Position numbers and translations under genes: made by a program | Shown: in pieces, positions 47,880 through 57,133 of the stretch | How positions within the stretch are numbered: position 1 is the first letter of the stretch | Layout of the letters: every line of letters begins with the position of its first letter | Assembly: GCF_035318805.1 (NCBI RefSeq) | Contig: NZ_DATHDY010000046.1 | Coordinates: forward strand, 14,321 to 78,320 | DNA: 64,000 nucleotides | Direction: 5' to 3' | From: Baekduia sp. | GTDB lineage: Bacteria > Actinomycetota > Thermoleophilia > Solirubrobacterales > Solirubrobacteraceae | The notes under the pieces: generated by a model | Seen by the model: only the letters and a program-made list of their open reading frames with translations | Databases searched by the model: none | Told to the model about the DNA's origin: nothing

Positions 47880-49439
47880 ATGTCACACGACGCCCTCAAC
47901 GCGACGCGCCGGACGGCCGACCTGGCCGCGCTGCGCGACGGCCCGCCGCTCGACCTCCTGGTGGTCGGCGGCGGGGTCACGGGCGCCGGCGCCGCGCTGG
48001 ACGCGGCGTCTCGCGGCCTGCGCGTCGCGCTCGTCGAGCGCCGCGACCTCGCCTGGGGCACGAGTCGTTGGAGCAGCAAGCTCGTCCACGGCGGCCTGCG
48101 CTACCTCGCCCAGGGCGCGGTGGGCATCGCGATGGAGAGCGCCCGCGAGCGCGCCGTCCTGCTGGCGCGCACCGCGCCGCACCTCGTGCGGCCGATCACG
48201 CAGGTGGTGCCGCTGACGCCGCAGGTCGACGCGCGCGCCGAGCGCGAGACGCGCATCGGCTTCGCGCTGGGCGACGGGCTGCGCCGCGCCGCCGGCACCT
48301 CGGCCCGCGAGCTGCCGCGGTCGCGCCGCGCCGGCGCCGACGAGGTCCTGCGGCTGGCGCCCGGCGTGCGCCGCGCCGGCCTGCGCGGCGGGCTGATCGC
48401 CTCCGACGCACAGCTCGAGGACGACGCGCGCCTGGTCGTCGGCCTCGCCCGCACCGCCGCCGCGCACGGCGCGCTGATCGTCACGCGCTGCGGCGCGGCC
48501 GAGCTGCACGGCGACGGCGCGCGGCTGCGCGACGAGCTGACCGGTGCGACGTTCGACGTGCGGGCCCGCGCCGTGGTCAACGCCACCGGCGTGTGGGCCG
48601 GCGAGCTGGTCGACGGCCTGCGCCTGCGCCCGAGCCTCGGCGCGCACCTCGTCGTCGGCCTCGACGTCCTCGGCGGGCTCGCCGGCTCGCTCAACATCCC
48701 GGTCCCGGGCGAGCGCCACCGCTGGGTCTTCGCGATCGCCCAGCGCAGCGGCGTCGCCTACGTCGGGATCACCGACGAGCCCGCACCCGGAGCGATCCCC
48801 GACGTCCCGACCGCGCCCGAGAAGGACATCGACTTCCTGCTGGACACGCTGGCTGCGAACCTCGAGGTCCCGCTCACCCGCGCCGACGTGCTGGGCACCT
48901 ACGCCGGGCTGCGCCCGCTGGTGGACGATGGCGACGCCGCGTCCGGCAGGACCAGCGACCTCTCCCGCCGCCATGCCGTGATCCGCGGCGGAGGCGGCCT
49001 GGTCAGCGTGGTCGGCGGCAAGCTGACGACGTACCGTCGCATGGCGCAGGACGCGGTGGACGCCGCGGTCGACGCCGGCGGGCTGACCGGGCGCGCCCGG
49101 CCGTGCCGCACGCGCGACCTGCCGCTGGTCGGCGCTGCGTCGCGCCAGGCGCTGGCGGCGGTGCCGGCCCCGCGCCGCCTGGTCGAGCGCCACGGGACCG
49201 AGGCGCCCGCGGTCGTCGCGCTCGCCGCCGGGGATCCCGAGCTGCTCGCGCCCGTCGCCCCCGGCCTGGACGTCCTCGGCGTCGAGGTACTGCACGCCGT
49301 GCGCTGCGAGGGAGCCCTGGACGCCGACGACGTGCTCGACCGTCGCACCCGGATCGGGCTCGTGGCGGCCGACCGCGAGCGGGCGCGCCCGGCGGTCACG
49401 GCGTTGATCGCCGCGGACCGTCAAGCTCTCGCGGTGTGA
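47880..49439 (+). CDS. glpD: Glycerol-3-phosphate dehydrogenase/oxidase paralogue
   Basis: GTSRWSSKLVHGGLRYL, GGKLTTYRRMA. Confidence 0.85.
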   Translation: MSHDALNATRRTADLAALRDGPPLDLLVVGGGVTGAGAALDAASRGLRVALVERRDLAWGTSRWSSKLVHGGLRYLAQGAVGIAMESARERAVLLARTAPHLVRPITQVVPLTPQVDARAERETRIGFALGDGLRRAAGTSARELPRSRRAGADEVLRLAPGVRRAGLRGGLIASDAQLEDDARLVVGLARTAAAHGALIVTRCGAAELHGDGARLRDELTGATFDVRARAVVNATGVWAGELVDGLRLRPSLGAHLVVGLDVLGGLAGSLNIPVPGERHRWVFAIAQRSGVAYVGITDEPAPGAIPDVPTAPEKDIDFLLDTLAANLEVPLTRADVLGTYAGLRPLVDDGDAASGRTSDLSRRHAVIRGGGGLVSVVGGKLTTYRRMAQDAVDAAVDAGGLTGRARPCRTRDLPLVGAASRQALAAVPAPRRLVERHGTEAPAVVALAAGDPELLAPVAPGLDVLGVEVLHAVRCEGALDADDVLDRRTRIGLVAADRERARPAVTALIAADRQALAV

Positions 49440-50017
49440 CCGACGCCACGACCGAGGCCATCCTCGACGCCACCCGCGCCTCCGTCCTCGACTTCGGCAT
49501 TCGCAGGACGACGCTCACCGATGTGGCGCGCCGCGCAGGCGTGAGCCGGATGACCGTCTATCGGCGCTACCCCGACGTCGACGCCGTGCTGCGCGAGCTC
49601 ATGACGCGCGAGTTCGGCGCCGCGATGGCCGAGATCGCGCAGCGCGTCGGCGGCGCCGACGCCCGCGCCCGCGTCGTGCATCGCATCCTCGCTTCGGTGG
49701 AGGCGATGCGCGCCAGCGCGTTGATGTCCAAGATCCTCGAGGCCGAGCCCGAGCTGCTGCTGCCCTACGTGCTCGACCGGATGGGCGAGACGCAGCGGGC
49801 CGCCGTGGCGCTCGTCGTCGGCGACGTCGCCGACGGCCAGGTCGACGGCTCGATCCGCGCGGGCGACCCGCGCGTGATGGCCCAGGCGCTCCTGCTCGTC
49901 ACGCAGTCCTTCGTGCTCTCGGGCGGGATCGCCGACGACGTCCCCGAGGTGGCGCTGCGGCGCGAGCTCGAGCACGCGGTCGACGCGATGCTGGCGCCGG
50001 AGCGCCGCGGCGCCTAG
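49436..50017 (+). CDS. TetR regulator
   Basis: LTDVARRAGVSRMTVYRRY; GTGA overlap with the upstream gene. Confidence 0.9.
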   Translation: MTDATTEAILDATRASVLDFGIRRTTLTDVARRAGVSRMTVYRRYPDVDAVLRELMTREFGAAMAEIAQRVGGADARARVVHRILASVEAMRASALMSKILEAEPELLLPYVLDRMGETQRAAVALVVGDVADGQVDGSIRAGDPRVMAQALLLVTQSFVLSGGIADDVPEVALRRELEHAVDAMLAPERRGA

Positions 50018-50104
50018 GCGTGCGGGTCCCTAACCCGCGCGGGTTTCGCCCCCTGGGCGAACACCCGCAAGGGAACCTGGCCCTCTGGGCCAGTGTTCCC
50101 CTAG
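50014..50104. repeat. CTAG-flanked 91-bp element, family B copy 1
   Basis: Two hairpins; CTAG ends are the stops of both convergent genes; near-identical to 57042-57133. Confidence 0.9.
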
Positions 50105-51006
50105 AACGCCTTCAGCAGGCTGATCGCCAGCACGAGCAGGACCAGCACGGCGACGATCGCCGCGGTTCGCGCGGCCCAGTCGGCACGGGTCGCGACGGCG
50201 GCGTGCTCGCGCTCGGGCCGCGCGCCCTTGCGCACCATTCCCGCCGGCCGGGCCAGCGCGTCGTCGCGCTCGGCCTCGGTCGTGCGCAGCGCGTCGCGCG
50301 CCGACTCGAGCTCGGCCGCCACCCGCTCGCGCTCGCCCAGCTCGGCGCGCGCCGCATCGCGCTCGGCCGTCGCGGCGTCGCGCTCGGCGCGCGCCGCGTC
50401 CCGCTCGGCCCGCGCCTGGTCGCGCTCGTCGATCGCCGCCTGCCGCGCCGCCACCGCGGCGTCACGCTGCTGCGCCACCGAGGCCTGCGCCGCGGCGTGC
50501 TCGGTGTCGGCGGCGGCCTGCCGGCGCTGCACGACGTCGGGCGCGACCATCTCCTCGCGTTCGCGCCGCAGGAACCCGACCTCGGCCTCCACCCGCCGCG
50601 CGCGCTCCTCCGCCTCGGCGAGCCGGCGGCGAAGGGCGACCTGCGGGTCGACCACGGCGTCGGGGTCGGGCTCGCCCAGCGGCACGACGATCGACGGCGC
50701 GACGGCCAGCTCGGCGTCGGCCGGATCGAGGGCGCCGCCGGTCCACGGGAATGCGGCGCGCCACGGCCGGCCGTCTTCTGCGGGCCACGGCTTGTGCTCG
50801 AGGACCGCGAGCAGCGTGCGCTCGCCGCTTGGGGTCTGGACCACCAGGGCCGGACGCACGAAGCGCATGCCGCGGACGCCCGACCACGTCCCCTCGACCT
50901 CCAGGAGACCGGCGGTCGCCTCGAAGCGGGTCAGCGCGAAATCGACGGGGCCGCCGTCCATGGGCCGAGGTGTGCCCAGAACACGGTGCCCAGACGCTCG
51001 ACTCAT
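50101..51006 (-). CDS. Coiled-coil protein with C-terminal TM anchor
   Basis: AERDAAR heptad repeats; hydrophobic tail. Confidence 0.7.
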   Translation of the reverse strand: MSRASGHRVLGTPRPMDGGPVDFALTRFEATAGLLEVEGTWSGVRGMRFVRPALVVQTPSGERTLLAVLEHKPWPAEDGRPWRAAFPWTGGALDPADAELAVAPSIVVPLGEPDPDAVVDPQVALRRRLAEAEERARRVEAEVGFLRREREEMVAPDVVQRRQAAADTEHAAAQASVAQQRDAAVAARQAAIDERDQARAERDAARAERDAATAERDAARAELGERERVAAELESARDALRTTEAERDDALARPAGMVRKGARPEREHAAVATRADWAARTAAIVAVLVLLVLAISLLKAF

Positions 51007-51689
51007 CGCCGCGGCGCGCTGGACAGCCCGCGCGCCATCGCGGCGTCCAGCTGCCCGTCGCTCAGCGCGGTGCACGGCAGCGGCGTCCGGGCGCCCGGCT
51101 CGGCCCGCATGCCGTCGAGCATGAGCACGAGGCACCGGCGCCACACCCGCGGGTCGGTGTCGCCCGTGTACTCCATGACGGCGGTGAGCATGAGCTGCAG
51201 GATCGGGACGTCCGTCGTCTGGAAGTCCGCGCGCAGCTGGCCCGACGCCTTGGCGCGCTCGACGACCTGCGTCACGACCGGCTTGATGCGCTCGCGTGCG
51301 CCCGCGACGCGCTCGCGGCCGTGGGCCGTGCTGAAGATGAGCTCCTTGAGGCCGCGGTCGGCGACGTGCAGCTCCATGGCCTCGTCGAAGAACAGGACGA
51401 CGCCGGCCCACGGGTCGTCGCAGGCCAGGGCGCGCTGGGCGATCTCGACGACCTCGTCCATGCGGGCCTCGAAGAGGGCGTCGATCAGCGCCTCCTTGTC
51501 GGCGAACCGCCGGTAGACGGTGCCGACGCCGACGCCGGCCCGGGCGGCGACCGCGTCGAGCGTCACGCGCAGGCCCTCCTCGGCGAAGAGCTCCCGCGCC
51601 GCGTCGAGGATCCGCTGCCGGTTGCGCTCAGCGTCCCTGCGCAGCGGGCGGTCCTCGGGAGTGATCGAGGTCACGGAGGTCACGGTCAC
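51003..51689 (-). CDS. TetR regulator
   Basis: RRDAERNRQRIL, AGVGVGTVYRRF. Confidence 0.93.
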   Translation of the reverse strand: MTVTSVTSITPEDRPLRRDAERNRQRILDAARELFAEEGLRVTLDAVAARAGVGVGTVYRRFADKEALIDALFEARMDEVVEIAQRALACDDPWAGVVLFFDEAMELHVADRGLKELIFSTAHGRERVAGARERIKPVVTQVVERAKASGQLRADFQTTDVPILQLMLTAVMEYTGDTDPRVWRRCLVLMLDGMRAEPGARTPLPCTALSDGQLDAAMARGLSSAPRR

Positions 51690-51703
51690 CCCAAGGTAGC
51701 AAG

Positions 51704-51726
51704 AAACGGAGGAGATCCCTCCATTT
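51704..51726. promoter_or_regulatory. Putative TetR operator
   Basis: Imperfect palindrome AAACGGAGGAGATCCCTCCATTT between divergent TetR and MFS. Confidence 0.6.
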
Positions 51727-51803
51727 TCGTGATACTCTTACGCGGACAAGTGGTACGGCATTCGTCCACTTGCGCTCGACCCTCTCCCCCTCCCCCTCCC
51801 CCC

Positions 51804-53273
51804 GTGACCTCTTCCTCAGACACCGCCCATTCGCGCCGCTGGCTGGTCCTCGCCATCCTCGGCCTCGCTCAGCTCATGGTCGTCCTCGACGCGACGATCG
51901 TGAACATCGCTCTCCCCTCCGCCCAGAAGGACCTCGGCTTCTCCGACGCGAGCCGCCAGTGGATCATCACCGCCTACGCGCTGGCCTTCGGCTCCCTGCT
52001 GCTGCTCGGCGGCCGCATCGGCGACCTCTTCGGCCGCAAGTGGGTGTTCGTCGCGGGCCTGGCGGGCTTCGCCGTCGCCTCCGCCCTCGGCGGCGTCGCC
52101 CAGAGCTTCGGCATGCTCGTCGCGGCGCGCGCGCTGCAGGGCGTGTTCGGCGCGATGCTCGCGCCCGCCGCGCTGTCGCTGCTGACCACCACGTTCACCG
52201 AGCCGGCCGAGCGCAACAAGGCGTTCGGCATCTTCGGCGCGATCGCGGGCAGCGGCGCGGCCGTCGGCCTGCTGCTCGGCGGCGTGCTGACCGAGTACCT
52301 CTCCTGGCGCTGGTGCCTCTATGTGAACCTCGCGTTCGCGGGCGTCGCCGTCGTCGGCGCGCTGATCCTGCTGACCAACTCGCGCCCGGCCGAGAAGCCG
52401 AAGCTCGACATCCCCGGCACCATCACCGGCTCGGTCGGCCTCTTCGGCCTCGTCTACGGCTTCTCGCACGCCGCCGAGACGAGCTGGGCCAACGGCACCA
52501 CGATCGCCTCCCTCGTCGCCGGCGTCGTCCTGCTCGCGGCCTTCGTCGTGCTCCAGCAGCGCGTCGCGCACCCGCTGCTCCCGCTGCGGATCGTGCTCGA
52601 CCGCGACCGCGGCGGCTCGTACCTCGCGATCGGGCTGTCGGGCATCGCCATCTTCGGCGTGTTCCTGTTCCTGACCTACTACCTGCAGCAGAACCTGGGC
52701 TTCTCGCCGATCAAGACCGGCCTCGCGTTCCTGCCGATGACGTTCGCCATCATGTTCTCGGCCACGACCTCGCAGACCAAGCTGCTGCCCAAGGTCGGGC
52801 CGCGGCCGCTGGTCGGCTCGGGCCTCGTGCTCGGCGCGATCGGGATGCTCTACCTGACCGGCATCAGCCCGGACTCCAGCTACGCCACCCACGTCCTGCC
52901 CGCGCTCATCGTCATGGGGTTGGGCTTCGGCCTGATCTTCGCCCCGGCGATCAGCAGCGCGACGCTCGGCGTCGATCCGCACGACGCGGGCGTCGCCTCG
53001 GCGATGGTCAACACCATGCAGCAGATCGGCGGCTCGATCGGCACCGCGCTGCTCAGCACGCTGGCGGCCAGCGCCACGACCTCGTACCTGCAGGGCAAGG
53101 GCCGGCCGACGCCGGACCTCGTCGCGACGGCCGCGGTCCACGGCTACACGACGGCGTTCTACTGGTCAGCCGCGATCTTCGCGGTCGCGGCGGTCGTCTG
53201 CACCGCGCTGCTGCGGCCGGGCGTCCCGGCGGCCGAGCGGGTGGGCGCCGGCGCCCCGGCGATGGCGCACTGA
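51804..53273 (+). CDS. DHA2 (EmrB/QacA) MFS efflux transporter
   Basis: QLMVVLDATIVNIALP, GGRIGDLFGRK, WRWCLYVN. Confidence 0.93.
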   Translation: MTSSSDTAHSRRWLVLAILGLAQLMVVLDATIVNIALPSAQKDLGFSDASRQWIITAYALAFGSLLLLGGRIGDLFGRKWVFVAGLAGFAVASALGGVAQSFGMLVAARALQGVFGAMLAPAALSLLTTTFTEPAERNKAFGIFGAIAGSGAAVGLLLGGVLTEYLSWRWCLYVNLAFAGVAVVGALILLTNSRPAEKPKLDIPGTITGSVGLFGLVYGFSHAAETSWANGTTIASLVAGVVLLAAFVVLQQRVAHPLLPLRIVLDRDRGGSYLAIGLSGIAIFGVFLFLTYYLQQNLGFSPIKTGLAFLPMTFAIMFSATTSQTKLLPKVGPRPLVGSGLVLGAIGMLYLTGISPDSSYATHVLPALIVMGLGFGLIFAPAISSATLGVDPHDAGVASAMVNTMQQIGGSIGTALLSTLAASATTSYLQGKGRPTPDLVATAAVHGYTTAFYWSAAIFAVAAVVCTALLRPGVPAAERVGAGAPAMAH

Positions 53274-53277
53274 TCGG

Positions 53278-53448
53278 ATGGCCGTGATCGGTCCGCGCCA
53301 GCTTCCGAAGGACACTCACGAGGCCGGCCGCGCGTACGCGGCCGGCCTCGGCGCGCGGGTCGCAGGCCACCTCCGGGCCCACAGCGCGGCGTACGCGGTC
53401 GCCGTCGCGGTCGCCAGCGTCGCCTGGGGGCTGGAGCAGGTGGGCTGA
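53278..53448 (+). CDS. 56-aa hypothetical protein (not in ORF track)
   Basis: MAVIGPRQLPKDTHEAGRAY...AVAVASVAWGLEQVG*; GC3-rich. Confidence 0.45.
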   Translation: MAVIGPRQLPKDTHEAGRAYAAGLGARVAGHLRAHSAAYAVAVAVASVAWGLEQVG

Positions 53449-53485
53449 GCCCGCCCCGGGGCGCCGGCCGGTACGGTGCGCCGGA

Positions 53486-54508
53486 GTGGGACCGCTCCTG
53501 CCGGACTCCGGACCTCGTGGTCCCCGCATCGCGCGCCGCGCGAAGGGCATCGCCGTCGAGGCCGGGGCGTTCGCCGTCGTCACGCTGACGCTGCCGCTCC
53601 TGCTGGCCGCGGCGGCCACCGTCGACCTCGTCCTCTGGGTGCTGCGGCGCAAGCCGTGGGTCGGCGTTCGCCTGGTGGCGATGTTGTGGTGGTTTCTCTT
53701 CGGTGAGCTGCGCGGCGTCGCCGGCCTCGGCCTCATCGGGCTCGCCTCGCTCGGGCGCGACACGCGCACGCGGCGCTTCCGCGTCTACCGCCTGCGCCAG
53801 CTCTGGGCCGCCGGCCACCTGAGCGGCGTGCGGCGCCTCTTCGGGTTGACGTTCGACGTGCGCGGGCTGGACGACGTCGCGCCGGGACCCGTGCTCATCC
53901 TCATGCGCCACGCGAGCATCATCGACAACACGCTGCCCGACGCGCTGATCGGCAAGGCCCATGACATGGGCCTGCGGTTCGTCATCAAGCGCGAGCTGCA
54001 GATGCTGCCGACGATCGACATCGGCGGGCGCTGGGTGCCGACGCACTTCGTGCGCCGCGGCTCGGGCGACACCGTGGGCGAGCTCGAGGACCTGCGCAAG
54101 CTGGCGATCGACCTCGATCCGCACGAGGGCGTGCTGATCTATCCGGAGGGCACGCGCTTCACGCCCGCCAAGCTGGCCCAGGCGATCGAGGCGATCGCCG
54201 AGCGGCAGCCCGCGCTGGCGCAGCGGGCGCGCGGGCTGCGCCATGTGCTGCCACCGCGCCTCGGTGGGCCGCTGGCGCTGCTGGAGGCGGGCCGCGGGAC
54301 CGACGTGGTGTTCTGCGCGCACGTCGGCCTCGACGGCTTCGAGCGCATCTCCGACATCTGGCGGGGCGGGCTCGTGGGCGGCACCGTCTGCGCGCAGTTC
54401 TGGCGCTTCGACGCGGCAGAGGTGCCGGCCGAGCGCGAGGCGCTGGTGGCGTGGCTGTACGACCGCTGGCAGCAGGTCGACGACTGGGTCGGCGCGCACA
54501 AGGACTGA
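53486..54508 (+). CDS. Lysophospholipid acyltransferase (PlsC-like)
   Basis: RHASIID (HX4D), FVRR, YPEGTR. Confidence 0.88.
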   Translation: MGPLLPDSGPRGPRIARRAKGIAVEAGAFAVVTLTLPLLLAAAATVDLVLWVLRRKPWVGVRLVAMLWWFLFGELRGVAGLGLIGLASLGRDTRTRRFRVYRLRQLWAAGHLSGVRRLFGLTFDVRGLDDVAPGPVLILMRHASIIDNTLPDALIGKAHDMGLRFVIKRELQMLPTIDIGGRWVPTHFVRRGSGDTVGELEDLRKLAIDLDPHEGVLIYPEGTRFTPAKLAQAIEAIAERQPALAQRARGLRHVLPPRLGGPLALLEAGRGTDVVFCAHVGLDGFERISDIWRGGLVGGTVCAQFWRFDAAEVPAEREALVAWLYDRWQQVDDWVGAHKD

Positions 54509-54534
54509 GGCGCGGGGCCGCCCGCCGCTAGGAG
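54501..54534 (+). repeat. Left imperfect direct repeat of island
   Basis: Matches 57014-57048 with 2 mismatches and 1 indel. Confidence 0.75.
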
Positions 54535-54547
54535 ACTGTGTCGCTAG
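54528..54547 (-). repeat. Minimal family A element
   Basis: Reverse complement CTAG-CGACACAGTCTC-CTAG equals the family A right end. Confidence 0.75.
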
Positions 54548-54685
54548 CGGGCGTGGAAGCCAGGCGGCCGGCGACGTGCAGGAGTCGGTAAGGGAAAGAG
54601 CAGGGCGCGGGAGCACAAACTCACGCCGGCCTGGCCAGCCCGGCCGCCGCGAAGCGGCCGACCGGGCCACCCGCTGAGTTGCAGT

Positions 54686-55021
54686 CTATGTGTACCCCTC
54701 GAGCACGTCAACGAGCAGGCCCTGTGCAACGCCGGGCGGTGGTTCGAAGGGATCTTCCGGCGGACGCGTGCCGCTGAAGAGGTCTTCGTAGACCTCCCAC
54801 GTCATGACCTCCGGACGCCCTCGGCGAAGCAGGCGCACAACGATTTGCGCGCTGGGATATTGACCGGCGAGCTCGACGTCCTGCACGACGACGTCCGGTC
54901 CGTGCTTGGGACGATCGAGCAGCATCTTTCTGGCCGCATCAAGGCAGGCGGCTTCGTAGTCGTCGGGGTTGCCGTAAAGCGTGCCGAAACGTGACGGCCA
55001 GTGCGGATCGCGCTGGTTCAT
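54686..55021 (-). CDS. Putative immunity protein
   Basis: Acidic 111 aa; ATG 4 bp after the toxin-like stop, GAGG RBS. Confidence 0.6.
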   Translation of the reverse strand: MNQRDPHWPSRFGTLYGNPDDYEAACLDAARKMLLDRPKHGPDVVVQDVELAGQYPSAQIVVRLLRRGRPEVMTWEVYEDLFSGTRPPEDPFEPPPGVAQGLLVDVLEGYT

Positions 55022-55025
55022 GACC

Positions 55026-56076
55026 TCAATTCCATCGAATGAACCGACCATATGAGGTGATGATGGCCTTGGCCTCCGGTTCGCCCAAGTCAGCGAGCGT
55101 CTCGTCAGCAACGATAACGACCCGCGTGCAGATCGCGCCGTTCTTCTCGTACTCGATGCCTAGATACTCGAGTGTGCCATTGCTCTGGCGCGTGGGGACG
55201 GACTGGAGCGCGATCTGGGTCGCCACGATGTCGTCCGGTCCCCATCCGTGCTTCGCTGCGACGTGTCGCCAGCCCCAGCCTTTCCAGCCCTTCTTGGCGC
55301 TGGGTGCAGTCCAGCCGACTTTCAGCGCCGTGTCGGTCTGACCGCCGTCCTCGGTCGTGCGGGTGAACGGCGTGACCACTCGGTATTGCGCCGGATGGTT
55401 GAACGCGGTGCTGACCGTCTGATCAGGGTCAGTGTCATCCGGGGTGGAGAGCTCGCAGCGTCGCTGACCGTCTTCGTCGGTCGTGGGCGGATTGCAGACG
55501 TTGCGGTCGACCGGATCACAGACATTGGGTTCGCCAAGTTCGAACTCCAGTTGCCGCTCCAATGTCGGGTATGCCCCTGACTCAAGGCCATTCCGAGTCC
55601 GGGTTGCGACCACGGTTGTTCCCGGGTCGGGGGGTGCAGCGTAGGTCTTGTTGTACGGCTGACCGTTGTAGTCCTCCACCGGCGTGCTCGCCGGAAGCTC
55701 ATCCTCCTTGAGCCAGTAGCTCTCGACCGGAACCGGCGGCGCAACACACCAGCCCACCGTGGCGAATCCGGAGAGCACGCGGAACCCCTCGGGCGGTCCA
55801 GTGAGATATGCGCATGGACTGGCCCACCCTGCGAGAGGTTGACCGAGGTCCAGGTCTGTGACGAGTACGACCATTCAAGAAGCCAGCCGTCGGCCGGGAG
55901 AGGAGTGTTGTTGAACGCGCTCGCGCTCCCAGCGCTCCGGAACGACAGTGTCCCCTGAGCCGGTGATGCCTTCGGTTGCGGAGGGTCAGGAAGGCCGATT
56001 GTCAGGAACTTGGCATTGAAACCGGTTCCGATCTTCCACCCCAACTCAAACGTCCCAACCGCGAGGCCGATGCCGT
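55026..56076 (-). pseudogene. Orphan polymorphic-toxin-like C-terminal region (5'-truncated, frameshift near 55830)
   Basis: Ends GWGWRHVAAKHGW...AIITSYG; upstream part lies in another frame and is fused to the transposase remnant. Confidence 0.6.
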
Positions 56077-56945
56077 GGTCAGTGAGGATCGCCTGGAAGC
56101 GGTGGCCGTCATGGTCGGTGAAACTCAGCTGCGCGCCGGGGTGGGCGCGCTCGCGGCGGACGATCACGCGCGACCCGGCCGGCCAGCCGTCCAGCTCCAG
56201 CAGATCGGTGATCTCGCAGACCTGCCCGTTGGGCCGTGGGCCGCCGTCCTGGTCCAGCGCGCACACCCAGTCCTGATCGGGGATCTTGAGGATCGCTTCG
56301 CGGACGGCGTCGGTGGGGTCGTAGCCGACCGAGTAGCGGATCCGGCCCTCCCGGCACCAGCCCAGCAGCTCATGGGTGGCGCCGGCGCCGTCGACGCGCA
56401 GCAGGAGGTCGATGTCCTCGATGTGCTCGGTGGGGATCTGCGCCAGCGCCTGCTCGGCGACCGCGATCTGGTCGGCGGCGGTGTTCGCGCCGGCGTTGCC
56501 CGGTCGCAGCTCGCCGGCCAGCGCCTCGCCGGTCTGATCGCCATAGGCCAACATGCCCAAAGCCGCCCTTGAAGGTGCCGGCCGCGCCCTCCTTGTCGGC
56601 GTGGCCGGCAATCAGCGTGGCGTCCAAGTCGATGTCCGACTCGGCGGGCGCGCCGATCAGCTGCCACGCGCGCGCCCGCGCGCCGGCGCGCGCGGCGTGC
56701 AACCGATCCAGCCCGTCGCGATCCGAGGCGATCCGGTCGATGACGCGAAACGCCGTCGAGGTCGACGCCACTTCCCCGAACAGCCTGCTGATCGCCCAGC
56801 GCGCCGAGGTCGGCCAGGCAGTCGCCGCCGTCGGCCAGCATCACCGCCAGATCGCGAACGACATGCCCGAGGTCATGCCCCGACCGTCGCTGCTTGAGAT
56901 CGCCGAGGCGCAGCGACAGCGCCTTGGTCAGCCCGGTCTTATCGC
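56077..56945 (-). mobile_element. IS1380-family transposase remnant (frameshifted, both ends missing)
   Basis: DLAVMLADGGDCLAD, IDLDATL..KEGAAGTFK, LRPGNAGANTAAD, RRERAHPGAQL across three frames. Confidence 0.9.
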
Positions 56946-57013
56946 GACGCGCGCCAGCGGCGCGCTGGTCGAGAAGCTGACCGCGAAGGTCGCCGCCCAG
57001 GATGAGCGGTTCG

Positions 57014-57048
57014 AGGACTGAGACGCGCGGCCGCCGCGCCGCTAGGAG
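57014..57048 (+). repeat. Right imperfect direct repeat of island
   Basis: AGGACTGAGACGCGCGGCCGCCGCGCCGCTAGGAG. Confidence 0.75.
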
Positions 57049-57133
57049 CGTGGGTCCCTCATCCGCCGCGGGTTTCGCCCCCTGGGCGAACCCCCGCAAG
57101 GGAACCTGGCCCTCTGGGCCAGTGTTCCCCTAG
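57042..57133. repeat. CTAG-flanked 92-bp element, family B copy 2
   Basis: 3' ~67 bp differ from copy 1 at one base; right CTAG is the acyl-CoA synthetase stop. Confidence 0.9.

Noticed and set aside
50335-50440. 21-bp tandem repeats
   Set aside because: Coding heptads (AERDAAR) of a coiled coil
55322-56611. 429-aa ORF as a functional transposase fusion
   Set aside because: Chimera of a broken IS1380 and a toxin fragment that drifts out of frame
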